NCBI GenBank assembly: GCA_965195345.1
Contig: OZ239628.1
Span: 1,440,001-1,504,000 of the forward strand
DNA length: 64,000 nucleotides
DNA from: an uncultured Thiomicrospira sp.
GTDB lineage: Bacteria; Pseudomonadota; Gammaproteobacteria; CAKMZV01
Direction of reading: 5' to 3'
Each line of letters opens with the position of its first letter. Positions within the stretch are counted from its first letter, which is position 1. The notes beneath the pieces are model-generated. The model ran no database searches. It was not told where the DNA came from and worked only from the letters and a program-made list of their open reading frames with translations. Shown one piece after another: positions 14,722-25,823 of this stretch. The translations under genes were made by a program, and so were the position numbers.

Positions 14722-15507
14722 TCAATTACTTGCGCAGCGAAAACCTATGGAGCCGTATATCGCTCGCCCACTAACTGGTGGTTTCACATTACGATACGAA
14801 CTACGCAAGTTGTTTTTATTTTCATCCCAAGAACCACCACGCACTACTTTTTGTTTTGACTCATTTGGTTGCTCGATCTGTCCTTTTGCATAGAATACAC
14901 TAATAGCTCTAGGTGCGTACCAGTTCATTGTCCATTCGCCTGCATTGCCGTGCATATCCTTTAATCCGAATCCATTAGGAGCTCTTGAACCAATCTCCCA
15001 AGTACGATCTTCCCCACAGCCATCTGGTTCTTTTGGAACGGAACCTAATGTTTTCCCATCATCCAAAATCGCGTTTTTACAACTGACATCTTGCCCCCAA
15101 GGGTAAGCCGTTTTACTGCCTGCTCGAGCTGCCTTCTCCCATTCAGCCTCATAAGGCAATCGCTTTTTTTGCCATTGGCAGTAATCCAACGCTTCCTGCC
15201 AATCAACACAATTAACAGGATGATTTCCTCGACCTGCTGCTCCCAAATTACAATATTTGTTGCGATTATGATCTTTAGGGCGTGCACACTTCCCTGCATC
15301 AATACAACGCTGATATTCTGCCACTGTTACTTCATTAATATCAATCTTAAAAGTAGAGACATTCACATCTGCCGGAGCTTCATCACGCCCACAATGCTTA
15401 TCACCCACTGAACAACCCATTTTGAATGAACCAGCAGGCACTACAACCATATCGGCAAAAGCACTCTGTGCTAGTAGATATGTTAATAAATATAAAACCT
15501 TTTTCAT
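14722..15507 (-). CDS. Secreted FGE-sulfatase (SUMF1/formylglycine-generating enzyme-like) domain protein
   Basis: Signal peptide, F.MG, HPVNCVDW, RLPYEAEWEKAARAG, DMHGNAGEW, RGGSW, GFRC. Confidence 0.88.
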   Translation of the reverse strand: MKKVLYLLTYLLAQSAFADMVVVPAGSFKMGCSVGDKHCGRDEAPADVNVSTFKIDINEVTVAEYQRCIDAGKCARPKDHNRNKYCNLGAAGRGNHPVNCVDWQEALDYCQWQKKRLPYEAEWEKAARAGSKTAYPWGQDVSCKNAILDDGKTLGSVPKEPDGCGEDRTWEIGSRAPNGFGLKDMHGNAGEWTMNWYAPRAISVFYAKGQIEQPNESKQKVVRGGSWDENKNNLRSSYRNVKPPVSGRAIYGSIGFRCASN

Positions 15508-15562
15508 ACGTTACTCCTTTGCGTTTTTAATAAATTTATTTTTACTAGAATACCAACCAATG

Positions 15563-17596
15563 CTATTCACTGATCACCAACTCATCCAATCCTAATGCAC
15601 GTAATTCCTGAATTTGATTGCGTAATTGCGCTGCTTGTTCAAACTCTAGATCACGAGCAAAACGATACATTTGTTTCTCCAATTTACGCATGAACTTTAT
15701 CCGTTCTACTGGTGACAACCGATGATAATCAGCGCCCGTATCAGCCACTTTTCTTTCTGTCTCATTATGCGCCCCTTCCATTTCATCTCTAATATCACGC
15801 ACAACCGTTTTAGGCGTAATATTGTGCCGCAAATTATATCGATGCTGTTTGCGCCGCCTACGTTCAGTCTCATCCATAGCACGACGCATTGAATTGGTTA
15901 TTTTATCAGCATACAAAATAGCCTTACCATTGAGATTTCTTGCCACGCGACCAATAGTTTGAATTAAAGAACGTTCAGAACGCAAGAAGCCTTCTTTATC
16001 GGCATCTAAAATTGCCACAACAGAAACTTCTGGCATATCTAAACCTTCTCGCAGTAAATTAATCCCTACCAAAACATCGAAACGCCCCATGCGTAAATCA
16101 CGGATGATCTCTACCCGTTCCACCGTATCTATGTCTGAATGCAGATACCGAACAGCCACACCATTAGCGGAATAATAATCGGTTAAATCTTCAGCCATTC
16201 TTTTGGTTAAAGTAATAATTAACACGCGCTCTCCTCGGCTTACAACATCTTTAATTTCCCCATACAAATCATCAACCTGTGATAGTGCAGGGCGCACTTC
16301 AATTTTAGGGTCTATTAAGCCAGTCGGGCGTATTAATTGCTCAACCGTTTCAATGGAATGAAGGTGTTCATAGTCACCCGGAGTTGCTGAAACGAAAATA
16401 GATTGAGGTCTGCGCTCTTCAAACTCCTCAAATCTCAATGGACGGTTATCGATTGCTGACGGTAGCCTGAAACCATATTCAATTAAGTTTGATTTACGGG
16501 CATGATCGCCCTTATACATCCCTCCCAATTGCGGTAAAGTAAGATGACTTTCATCAACAATCAGCAAAGCATCTTCGGGCAAATAATCAAATAATGTAGG
16601 CGGCGCTTCCCCATGAGAGCGTCCTGACAAATATCTTGAATAATTCTCAATACCTGAGCAATACCCCAGTTCGCGAACCATTTCCATGTCGAGGCGTGTA
16701 CGTTCTTCAAGGCGTTGTGCTTCAACCAAACGATCATTATCTCGCAATATTTGTAATCTATCACGCAGTTCATCTTTCACACTCTGAAGCATTTGAACCA
16801 AGCGATCATGCGGTGTTACATAGTGTGTTTTTGGATAAATCATTGCCTCATTGATGCGACTTTCCACACGTCCGTTTAGAGGATCAAACCATGAGATCCC
16901 TTCAACATCATCGTCAAACATTTCAATACGTACTGCCCAAAACTCAGATTCAGCTGGAAAAATTTCAACATTCTCCCCTCGTACTCTATAATTCCCTCGA
17001 AAAAGCTCTACCTCATTGCGTGAATATTGCATATCAGCAAGACGTTTCAATATTTCACGCTGATTTACTTTCTCTCCAACTTCAATCTTCAACATCATCT
17101 TTAAATACTGAGTTGGATCGCCTAATCCATATATAGCAGAAACCGTTGCGACGATAATCACATCACGCCTTTCAAGCAATGCTTTAGTTGCCGCAAGGCG
17201 CATTTGTTCTATATGTTCATTAACACTGGCATCCTTTTCAATGTACAAATCCGAAGACGGGACATACGCTTCAGGTTGATAATAATCATAGTACGAAACA
17301 AAATACTCAACGGCATTATTGGGGAAAAATGACTTAAACTCGCCGTATAGTTGAGCAGCAAGTGTCTTATTAGGTGCCAGAACCAGCACAGGGCGACCAG
17401 TATTTTTAATAACATTAGCGATGGTAAACGTCTTGCCCGAGCCCGTCACTCCGAGCAAAGTTTGACAAGCATGACCTTTTTGTACTCCTTCAGTCAAGGA
17501 CTTTATAGCAGCAGGTTGATCTCCAGTCGGGCTAAATACACTTTTAAGCGAAAAGTCTCCAGCACTAATGCGATGATCAATAGTTGTTTTCTGCAT
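15563..17596 (-). CDS. uvrB: Excinuclease ABC subunit B
   Basis: [27 protein letters not shown]-terminal UVR domain. Confidence 0.98.
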   Translation of the reverse strand: MQKTTIDHRISAGDFSLKSVFSPTGDQPAAIKSLTEGVQKGHACQTLLGVTGSGKTFTIANVIKNTGRPVLVLAPNKTLAAQLYGEFKSFFPNNAVEYFVSYYDYYQPEAYVPSSDLYIEKDASVNEHIEQMRLAATKALLERRDVIIVATVSAIYGLGDPTQYLKMMLKIEVGEKVNQREILKRLADMQYSRNEVELFRGNYRVRGENVEIFPAESEFWAVRIEMFDDDVEGISWFDPLNGRVESRINEAMIYPKTHYVTPHDRLVQMLQSVKDELRDRLQILRDNDRLVEAQRLEERTRLDMEMVRELGYCSGIENYSRYLSGRSHGEAPPTLFDYLPEDALLIVDESHLTLPQLGGMYKGDHARKSNLIEYGFRLPSAIDNRPLRFEEFEERRPQSIFVSATPGDYEHLHSIETVEQLIRPTGLIDPKIEVRPALSQVDDLYGEIKDVVSRGERVLIITLTKRMAEDLTDYYSANGVAVRYLHSDIDTVERVEIIRDLRMGRFDVLVGINLLREGLDMPEVSVVAILDADKEGFLRSERSLIQTIGRVARNLNGKAILYADKITNSMRRAMDETERRRRKQHRYNLRHNITPKTVVRDIRDEMEGAHNETERKVADTGADYHRLSPVERIKFMRKLEKQMYRFARDLEFEQAAQLRNQIQELRALGLDELVISE

Positions 17597-17610
17597 ATTT
17601 ACCTATAAAA

Positions 17611-18549
17611 TTAGTCGCAATAGTGCGCCATGAAATCGTCAATACTATCTATTAATTGATCAACCAATCTTTGAATTGAATCATCACTCCCCCAAGCAAT
17701 ATGAGGCGTCACGATTAAGTTAGGCAACTGCACATCAAGAATTGGGTTACCTTCAGTTGGTGGTTCTTTAGTCAATACGTCCACTCCTGCACCACCAATG
17801 ATGTTTTGTTGTAGTGCTTTGACTAAATCACTTTCGTGCACCACTCCACCTCGTGCAGTATTTATTAAGATAGCCGATCTTTTCATCATCTTGAATTCAT
17901 TCATCCCAATCAAATGATGCGTCTGTGCGTTTAACGGACAATGCAATGAAACAAAATCGCTGCACTTCAATACTTCCTTAAATGGCATCCTACCCTTTGC
18001 TATTGTAGTGGCCTCTTTACGAGCAGCAATAACCACATTCATTCCTAAGGGTTTTGCATACTCTGAGAGTGTTTTCCCCAAAACTCCGTAACCAACAATA
18101 CCCAACGTGGAACCTGATAAATTCACAATTGGATGATCTAACAAACAAAACTGTGCGGACTTTTGCCACTTACCCTTAAGCACATCCCGATGATACGCGG
18201 GTAATTGTCGAGCCAGCATCAACATTAGCATCAAAGCATGTTCTGGTACACTGGCACCTGTGTAATCATTCACATTACGAACTTCAACTCCATGACCTTT
18301 GCAATAATCCAAGTCAATCAGATCAGTACCAGTTGCTGCTACCCCTATCATTTTTAGTTTAGGGAGTTGCCGCATAACCTCAGCATTCATTGGTACTTTA
18401 TTAGAAATTGCAACATCGGCAAATTTCAATCTCTCTACTATTTGATCGCTTGACGTATTAGGATATTCTTGCCATTGATGCTTGTGCGTAGGTTTTTTTA
18501 AAGATATTCGCGAAGGTATAGAATCTCGATCGAGAAAAACAATATTCAT
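17611..18549 (-). CDS. D-2-hydroxyacid dehydrogenase (glycerate dehydrogenase/HprA-like)
   Basis: GIVGYGVLG, SLHCPL, INTARGG, DVLTKEPP, TPHIAW. Confidence 0.9.
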   Translation of the reverse strand: MNIVFLDRDSIPSRISLKKPTHKHQWQEYPNTSSDQIVERLKFADVAISNKVPMNAEVMRQLPKLKMIGVAATGTDLIDLDYCKGHGVEVRNVNDYTGASVPEHALMLMLMLARQLPAYHRDVLKGKWQKSAQFCLLDHPIVNLSGSTLGIVGYGVLGKTLSEYAKPLGMNVVIAARKEATTIAKGRMPFKEVLKCSDFVSLHCPLNAQTHHLIGMNEFKMMKRSAILINTARGGVVHESDLVKALQQNIIGGAGVDVLTKEPPTEGNPILDVQLPNLIVTPHIAWGSDDSIQRLVDQLIDSIDDFMAHYCD

Positions 18550-18959
18550 ATAAGAAATTCAGGTCGAAAAATATTTTTACTATATCGCTATATTATCCCC
18601 CGTACAGCTGTGTACTACAGGCATTTTTTCTTACAAAAAAACATTACAACAAAAAATGAGCAACAGTGAGCAACAGCATATACGCTTGGATGCGCTAAAC
18701 AATAGTCTCAATTTATGCGAAAAAACTATGCAGCGAAAATACTAAGCACTTGTCATTGCAACAAAGCCTCTGCGTGCGGAAAAATTTTCACCACCAATCA
18801 ATTTTTAACACACTAACTCCGATAGTACTAATTAAATAGTTACGTTAAACTTGCAATATAGACTCGCCTTATGATATAGTGTCAAAAGTTATGGATATTT
18901 GGAATTTAAATGCTTTTTTCAATCCACTAATATAAATTATAATAATTCGGAGGGATCAC

Positions 18960-20252
18960 ATGAACAAAATCACTTTATTAATTGCTCTTTCAACACTTAC
19001 ATTAGCCATCTCGGGTTGCGGTAGTAGTAGCGACGACGGAAACAATAACAATGGTACTGGTGGCACTACTAGCATAACTGCTTTAGGTGTTCCGAGAACA
19101 ATACAACCTATCCAAGCAACTAATACAAGTGCTTCAGCAAGTGCAAGCGCCGCTCAATCATTTGCGAGATCTTTAGATTTTAATACTCGAATAGGTCCAA
19201 CCAATTCCGACTATAACAGCTTCGTTGGTGAGCGATATGTTGTATTTTCTTCTCTTGATGAGATAAACAACATTGAGGCCATTCTTTGTGGATTTGCTGG
19301 TATGACCGGTGTGGTAGCGAACGGCATATACGATTTTGAAGTGAATTTTGCACTTTGTGCTAGAGACATATCTGCTGGGACTACTGCTACTTTAACAGGC
19401 GTGACTCAAGCTGTTCGCGCGGACAACGACAGTACGCAAACATACACAATTTATGGAACTGCGACTAATATAGATGCGAGTAGTACTGCAATGGAAAATT
19501 TTTCGGCAGAAATGCAAGTTACCGCTCTTCCTACAACCGCAAATCGATTTGGAGAGCTAGAACTGCGTTATTCTAGTGATATGGGGTTAAATGCTTTTCT
19601 ATCGATCGCTCCTACACGCATTATCGACAGGGAAATAAGTACTGAAGGTAATGGAACGACACTTACTGTGTTGATTGAACTTACATCCTCTGAAACTGGG
19701 ACAATCGCTATACGTGATATTGATGGAGGTGGAAATGGAGATGGAGGACCACAAGATCTTTTAGTACTTGCTTCTTTCAATTCCACATTAGTACATTTTA
19801 TTTCTAGAGACATGCTTAATCCTATGAGCAACTCAACCTCCTGTTTGGACATAACATCATCAACAATTGATGTGTTCGATTACGCTTTATTTAATGGAAC
19901 TACTGGCGCCAGAGTAAGCCCTGCTGACAACACGACGTTTGTTTTTGGATCAACCACTGCAACATGGCATGTTTTTGGTGAGTTTACACATTTAAGCTTA
20001 GAAAGTCCTACAGATAGTAGTGGTACTAGAATTAATATTCCAGATGGAGCAACGAGTGGAGATACTGCAGTACGTCCTGCATTCACTTTAGAGTCACCTC
20101 GTATGGTGGCTGTATCGAATTGCAGTGCTTTAACTCTGCCCGATCCTGCTACTTTGGATGCTATTACACAAACACCCGGAGCAACAATACAACCTGGTGA
20201 TACACGACCTGCAACCGATCAAAATCGAGTGGTTGACGGACAACAGCTATAA
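18960..20252 (+). CDS. Hypothetical Thr/Ser-rich lipoprotein
   Basis: Lipobox ISGC followed by a GSSSDDG linker, GGAGG RBS, own downstream hairpin. Confidence 0.8.
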   Translation: MNKITLLIALSTLTLAISGCGSSSDDGNNNNGTGGTTSITALGVPRTIQPIQATNTSASASASAAQSFARSLDFNTRIGPTNSDYNSFVGERYVVFSSLDEINNIEAILCGFAGMTGVVANGIYDFEVNFALCARDISAGTTATLTGVTQAVRADNDSTQTYTIYGTATNIDASSTAMENFSAEMQVTALPTTANRFGELELRYSSDMGLNAFLSIAPTRIIDREISTEGNGTTLTVLIELTSSETGTIAIRDIDGGGNGDGGPQDLLVLASFNSTLVHFISRDMLNPMSNSTSCLDITSSTIDVFDYALFNGTTGARVSPADNTTFVFGSTTATWHVFGEFTHLSLESPTDSSGTRINIPDGATSGDTAVRPAFTLESPRMVAVSNCSALTLPDPATLDAITQTPGATIQPGDTRPATDQNRVVDGQQL

Positions 20253-20265
20253 GAATTTCAAAAAT

Positions 20266-20297
20266 GGAGGGTGCGGAAGGAAAAATCCGCGCCTTTC
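20266..20297 (+). terminator. Hairpin after the lipoprotein gene
   Basis: GGAGGGTGCGGA...TCCGCGCCTTTC stem, with a T-rich tract shortly downstream. Confidence 0.55.
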
Positions 20298-20426
20298 ATG
20301 CCTTTTTCTAATTGATTGAACACACCTCTCTGTGCTTTTAAGGGGTAGAACCCTTTGACTACGAAAATCCCACACACCCTTATGGATTCTAATAGATGAA
20401 TCTTAAATAATGTATAATGCGCAGGC

Positions 20427-21230
20427 ATGAGTATCCACCCCTACGAATTCACACCACTTAGAGCTCTTTGGGATACCTATAAAAACTACATTTGGCTACT
20501 CCATAGTAATGAATCCACAGAGAATAAATCCAGAGCTTGTGTAATTGTTGATCCGGGTGAATCCGATCTTTGCCTTGAAACGCTTGATGCGCTCAATCTA
20601 ACCCCAGTTACCATCTTAATAACTCATCAACACGCTGATCACATAAATGGTGTTGCCTCGATACTAAATACATTTGGTGCGCTCAATGTATATGGATCTT
20701 CTAACAATCCGTTTCCACTTATTACTCATCGAGTAAAAGAAGGAGACATTGTTGATCTTCCAGAAATTGCCGACCAGTACTACATAATGGAAACGCCTGG
20801 GCACACGCAAGATCAGATATCCTTCTACAATGATACATACCTAATCTCTGGAGACGCTCTTTTCGTTGCAGGGTGTGGGAGATTATCAGACGGAACTATG
20901 GAACAACTGTACGCTTCAGTCAATAAAATAAAAGCCTTACCTGAAAAAACAATCGTTTATTGTGCCCATGAATATACCGTTGAAAATCTACAGTTTGCTC
21001 TAAAAGTGGAACCAGAGAATCAACACATTAAAAAACAACTAGACAAAGCAATTAATAACGACAATGCTCAACTTCCGAATGTTCCCTCTACTATTGAGAT
21101 GGAAAAAAAGATTAATCCATTCATGCGCAGCCATATTGCAAAAGTAAAAACAAAATGCGAAGAATACGCACAAAAAGAACTCACCTCAGAGTTTGAAGTT
21201 TTCAGCGTACTTCGTGAATGGAGAGGTTGA
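20427..21230 (+). CDS. gloB: Hydroxyacylglutathione hydrolase (glyoxalase II)
   Basis: THQHADH, TPGHT, GDALFVAGCGR, CAHEYT. gloB-mltD synteny. Confidence 0.95.
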   Translation: MSIHPYEFTPLRALWDTYKNYIWLLHSNESTENKSRACVIVDPGESDLCLETLDALNLTPVTILITHQHADHINGVASILNTFGALNVYGSSNNPFPLITHRVKEGDIVDLPEIADQYYIMETPGHTQDQISFYNDTYLISGDALFVAGCGRLSDGTMEQLYASVNKIKALPEKTIVYCAHEYTVENLQFALKVEPENQHIKKQLDKAINNDNAQLPNVPSTIEMEKKINPFMRSHIAKVKTKCEEYAQKELTSEFEVFSVLREWRG

Positions 21231-21233
21231 AAA

Positions 21234-22586
21234 ATGAAACTTAACTATTTATTTGGTTTATTGTTCATATTGCTGATAACTGCTTGTGGGAAACAAGCAT
21301 CAAATCCAGTATATCTCACTAAAAACGATCAAGGAAATTCCAAAGAAGTCATAATTGCCTATAACGAGCTTAATGACTCGTTGTCCTATGAAGTTTTAGT
21401 CAATGAAGATTATTCTGAAAACCGCTCTTTATCAAGTAATTCGGATACTGATGATAAGCAATCTCTTAAAACATTAGACGCGTCAAAAACTGTTTTTAGA
21501 AAGAAGATCTTAGACTTTTTCCAACTAAAATATCTTGAAAAGCCTCAAAACGAAGAGGGATTAGCCAGCAATGAACAAGATGAATTATTGAACGATGCAG
21601 AAGAAGAGGAATTTGCTTCAATATGGCAACGTATTTCAAATGGGCTGGAGTTAACCGAGTCTTCAGTCGATTTTCCGATAGTCAAACGACACATTAAACA
21701 AATACTAAAGCATCGCAAATCATTCGCTAATGCAACCCGACGAGCTGAGCCGTTTCTGCATATGATTGTTGAAGAAGTGGAAAGGCGCAATCTGCCTTTA
21801 GAGTTGGCTTTATTGCCCTTTGTTGAGAGTCACTACCACACGAATGCCGTTTCTCCTCGTAGCAAAGCTGGTGGTCTATGGCAGTTCACTCGCTGGACTG
21901 GAAAATTCTATGGTCTTGAGCAGAACTGGTGGTACGACGGAAGATTTGATGTCTATGAGTCCACGCATGCTGCACTTGATTTATTAGAAGACATGTATAA
22001 ACGTTACGATGACTGGTATCTTGCTCTAGCAGCTTACAATTGGGGAATGGGGAATTTAGATCGTGCAATGCGCAAAGCAGGAGGCAAAAATAAGAATAAT
22101 TTTTGGACCGTCAAATTGCCAGCTGAAACAAGGCAGTACGTTCCTAAGTTATTAGCCTATGCTTATATCGTGCGATCTCATCAACACTATGACCTGCCAA
22201 TTCATCCCATAGAGAATGAACCTAAAATTGCAACAATAAGTATCGATAAGCCTTATGAATTAGAAAGGCTTGCTGCTGCTGCAAAAGTGAGCATTCATGA
22301 ATTTAGAAAATTGAACCCTGCGCACAGACGATGGGCGACTAAACCAAATAAGACAGTAAAAATGATTGTTCCTTACGAACATTCAGATCAATTTGAAGTT
22401 CGCATCAAAAAACTCAAAGTAAAATCATATACCTATAGAAAATACACAGTACGTCGTGGCGATAGTCTCTATGAAATAGCATTGAACAATGGAACGGATG
22501 TGCGCACATTAAAAGAGACGAACCAATTAAGAAGTAATATCATCCGAATTGGTCAAAAGTTAATCATCCCATCCCAAACTTTATAA
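21234..22586 (+). CDS. mltD: Membrane-bound lytic murein transglycosylase D (SLT + LysM)
   Basis: Lipobox, LPFVES, AGGLWQF, LAAYNWG, ETRQYVPK, LysM YTVRRGDSL. Confidence 0.92.
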   Translation: MKLNYLFGLLFILLITACGKQASNPVYLTKNDQGNSKEVIIAYNELNDSLSYEVLVNEDYSENRSLSSNSDTDDKQSLKTLDASKTVFRKKILDFFQLKYLEKPQNEEGLASNEQDELLNDAEEEEFASIWQRISNGLELTESSVDFPIVKRHIKQILKHRKSFANATRRAEPFLHMIVEEVERRNLPLELALLPFVESHYHTNAVSPRSKAGGLWQFTRWTGKFYGLEQNWWYDGRFDVYESTHAALDLLEDMYKRYDDWYLALAAYNWGMGNLDRAMRKAGGKNKNNFWTVKLPAETRQYVPKLLAYAYIVRSHQHYDLPIHPIENEPKIATISIDKPYELERLAAAAKVSIHEFRKLNPAHRRWATKPNKTVKMIVPYEHSDQFEVRIKKLKVKSYTYRKYTVRRGDSLYEIALNNGTDVRTLKETNQLRSNIIRIGQKLIIPSQTL

Positions 22587-22595
22587 AGCAATACT

Positions 22596-23504
22596 TTGAT
22601 TTCTTTTCAAGCACCAGGCAGTGCCATTGTGTTTGGCGAGCATTCGGTCTTAAACGGATTTCCAGCCATCGTAGCAGCAGTGGATCAATGGATAAAGGTT
22701 CACTTTCTTGTTGACAAACAGAGTACAAAAATCACAATTGACTCTGCATTAGGCGCACACTCTGTTGACCTCAAAAAACCGAACAGAAACTATCCACCTT
22801 GTCTTAACTTTGTTTGCGTTGCTATTGAGCACTGCCCTCCCCCCTTTGGCGGAAGGCTAAGCATAGAAGCCGAATTTCCTGATAATATTGGGCTTGGTTC
22901 ATCGGCTACAGTCTGTGTGGCAACCTTAGCATGCATGCATAAAGCGAACAATACACCTATTGACCGTAACGCTTTACTAAAGCAAAGTATTAATGTTATA
23001 CATTCCATTCAAAAAATTGGGTCAGGCGCCGATGCTCTAGCGGCCATTAACGGCAATATGTTATTGTTTGATCCTCAAACGTTGCAATGCCAGAAATTAC
23101 CAAATATAGAAGGTCTGAGTCTTCATTACTGTGGTTACAAAACCAAAACCGCTAAAGTCGTGCAACATGTATCAAAGCTTTGGCAGGGGAAAGAGGAAAA
23201 ACTAAAGCGGTTGTATGAAAAAATGGGGGCACTGACAGAATCCATCAAGGCAAATATAAACAACCCTGAACACCTCACAAAAGCCATAAATACTTACCAC
23301 CACCTTTTAATCGAATTAGGCGTTGAAGATGAAACATTACAACGATTGCGCCAAAAACTACTTCAACAAGGAGCCAGCGCGGTTAAAATTTCTGGGTCAG
23401 GGTTAGGCGATTGCCTACTCGCATTCAATCACCCGATGAAAGAGAAAAAACAGGACGCTTTTACGTTGAAAATTGCTTCCAAAGGCTTACACGAAATCGC
23501 ATGA
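22596..23504 (+). CDS. GHMP kinase, mevalonate/phosphomevalonate kinase
   Basis: APGSAIVFGEHS, GLGSSA, GSGAD, KISGSGLGDC. Translationally coupled to mvaD. Confidence 0.85.
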   Translation: MISFQAPGSAIVFGEHSVLNGFPAIVAAVDQWIKVHFLVDKQSTKITIDSALGAHSVDLKKPNRNYPPCLNFVCVAIEHCPPPFGGRLSIEAEFPDNIGLGSSATVCVATLACMHKANNTPIDRNALLKQSINVIHSIQKIGSGADALAAINGNMLLFDPQTLQCQKLPNIEGLSLHYCGYKTKTAKVVQHVSKLWQGKEEKLKRLYEKMGALTESIKANINNPEHLTKAINTYHHLLIELGVEDETLQRLRQKLLQQGASAVKISGSGLGDCLLAFNHPMKEKKQDAFTLKIASKGLHEIA

Positions 23505-24475
23505 GCACCAACACACTGCAACTTGACTCCTATCCAATAAAATCAGCATCCACCGCCTATGCCGATACCAATATAGCTCTGGCAAAATACTGGGGAAAGC
23601 GAGATGCAAAACTCAATTTACCAGTCAATAGTAGTTTGTCTATTTCTTTAAAAGGGTTGGGCACAACCACCACTATTGAATGTGCTGAAAGTGACACATT
23701 CACACTCAATAACAAACCACATTCAATCGGAAAAAAACGTCTTTTTAGCTGGATTGATAATATATTTAAACTTCATGGAGAAAACCAGCGACCTACACTT
23801 GCTATAAAGTCAGACAATAATATCCCAACAGGCGCTGGTCTAGCCTCTTCTGCTTCAGCCTTTGCTGCAGCGACCCTTGCGTTAAATGACCTATTCGATT
23901 GGCAACTTTCATTGCGTGAACTCAGTATTTTAGCCAGAATGGGCAGTGGCAGCGCTAGTCGATCTTTATATTCTGGGTTTGTAATATGGCATAAAGGCGA
24001 GAATTGTGATGGCAGCGACAGTTTCTCAGAATCAATACCTATGTACTGGAAAGAATTAGCCATAGCAATTGTCACTATTTCCACCGAAGAAAAAGCCGTT
24101 GGTTCCACCGACGGCATGAATCGAACAGCAAGGACTTCACCCTTATTCAAATCCTGGATAGAATTTGCACAACACTCTTGTGAAACGATACACCGCGCTA
24201 TCCTTGACAAGGATTTCAAAACTTTGGGGGAATGCGCTGAGCATAATGCTATGGCAATGCACGCAACCATGCACAGTGCGCGTCCAATGCTTAACTACTG
24301 GAAAAAAGAAACATTAGATGCCATTGATAGATTACTTCAATTGCGTGCAAATGGTGTGCCTGTTTTTTATACAATGGACGCTGGAGCGAATTTAAAGATT
24401 TTGTTTGAAGAAAATAACAGTGCACATATAAAGAAAGCATTCCCTTCTTCCATAATAACCTTCCCATTTTCATGA
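23501..24475 (+). CDS. mvaD: Diphosphomevalonate decarboxylase
   Basis: NIALAKYWGK, GLASSAS, RMGSGSASRS, TMDAGAN. Start placed at the ATGA overlap at 23501. Confidence 0.95.
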   Translation: MSTNTLQLDSYPIKSASTAYADTNIALAKYWGKRDAKLNLPVNSSLSISLKGLGTTTTIECAESDTFTLNNKPHSIGKKRLFSWIDNIFKLHGENQRPTLAIKSDNNIPTGAGLASSASAFAAATLALNDLFDWQLSLRELSILARMGSGSASRSLYSGFVIWHKGENCDGSDSFSESIPMYWKELAIAIVTISTEEKAVGSTDGMNRTARTSPLFKSWIEFAQHSCETIHRAILDKDFKTLGECAEHNAMAMHATMHSARPMLNYWKKETLDAIDRLLQLRANGVPVFYTMDAGANLKILFEENNSAHIKKAFPSSIITFPFS

Positions 24476-25164
24476 ACAATACCTACTCCGATGATATAGA
24501 TCGCTTTAACGCTAACGCTAAGAGTTGGTGGGACACGAACGGCAGCTACAAAACACTGCATCAAATCAACCCGCTGCGGCTGAACTGCATTTTGAATCTT
24601 TGTGATTTGAAAGGCAAACGAGTGCTTGATGTCGGCTGTGGTGGTGGTATATTGAGCGAATCGCTCGCAAAGTTAGGTGCTGAAGTATATGCTATTGATT
24701 TGGCACATGAGACGCTAAAAATAGCAAAACAACACGCCCAAGATAATAACCTTCATATCAATTACCAATGCATCAGTGCCGAAGAGCTAGCAGAGGATGG
24801 CAAAAGCTTTGAAATCGTTTGCTGCATGGAAATGTTAGAACACATACCGAATCCAAAGGCAATGTTGCACACCCTATCGAAATTGACCAGTGATTGGCTA
24901 TTTGTTTCCACAATCAATCGTAATTTTAAAGCATGGCTCGGTATGGTCGTGTTCGCTGAAAAGCTCCTGCGCTGGTTGCCTGAAGGCACACACAATGTCA
25001 GTCATTTTATCACCCCAGAGGAATTGCAAGAATGGGCAGAGGACTCTAATCTTCAATGGCGATTCACTGGCGGACTAATCTACGACCCTATCGTTGGACA
25101 ATTCAAACAGCACAGTAATACCGATATAAATTATCTTCAAGCTTACCAAAAAATATCCTCATGA
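24472..25164 (+). CDS. ubiG: Ubiquinone biosynthesis O-methyltransferase
   Basis: WWD..G..K.LH.INPLR, LDVGCGGG, EMLEH, STINRN, GTH. Confidence 0.95.
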   Translation: MNNTYSDDIDRFNANAKSWWDTNGSYKTLHQINPLRLNCILNLCDLKGKRVLDVGCGGGILSESLAKLGAEVYAIDLAHETLKIAKQHAQDNNLHINYQCISAEELAEDGKSFEIVCCMEMLEHIPNPKAMLHTLSKLTSDWLFVSTINRNFKAWLGMVVFAEKLLRWLPEGTHNVSHFITPEELQEWAEDSNLQWRFTGGLIYDPIVGQFKQHSNTDINYLQAYQKISS

Positions 25165-25823
25165 AAAACGCTATTTTTTTTGACCTTGATGGCACACTGT
25201 TGGATACCGCACCTGATTTAATAAGTGCTGCCAACCGCACTATAAAAAAGTTCGGTTACCCACAACAAGACTTTGAGAAATTACGACCTTTCGTCTCTGA
25301 AGGCAGCCATGGCATTCTTAAACAAGTATTACCAGTAGAACTGGTTGAAGAAGCACGCGTTATCCTGCTTGAGGATTACCAAGGAAATATTAGCGAGAAA
25401 ACGCGTTTTTTCGGAAATTTACAACAAACGCTAACAACCCTGAATGAGCAATCCATCACTTGGGGCATCATGACAAATAAACCGCGCTTTTACAGCGAAA
25501 CGCTCATGCAAGAAATGTTACCGTGGTGGAATGCTAAAACCCTTTATTGTTCTGATGATTTCCCAATATCAAAACCCGACCCTACCCCGCTATTACATAT
25601 TGCCAAAGAGCTGAACCTCAACCCCAATGAAGCTATTTATGTTGGCGACCATCGTAAAGATATCACCGCTGCCAATGCTGCCAACTGGCAAAGTGTGGCG
25701 GTAGGCTACGGTTATTATTTACAAGAGGATCCACCGCATACTTGGAATGCTAATTTTTATTGTCAAACACCCGAACAACTCGTGCAATGGATACAGGAAA
25801 AAACAAGTCAATGGAACGTATAA
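25161..25823 (+). CDS. HAD phosphatase (Gph/MupP-like)
   Basis: FDLDGTLLDTAPD, TNKP, KPDP, YVGDH. Lies between ubiG and yciK. Confidence 0.88.
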   Translation: MKNAIFFDLDGTLLDTAPDLISAANRTIKKFGYPQQDFEKLRPFVSEGSHGILKQVLPVELVEEARVILLEDYQGNISEKTRFFGNLQQTLTTLNEQSITWGIMTNKPRFYSETLMQEMLPWWNAKTLYCSDDFPISKPDPTPLLHIAKELNLNPNEAIYVGDHRKDITAANAANWQSVAVGYGYYLQEDPPHTWNANFYCQTPEQLVQWIQEKTSQWNV

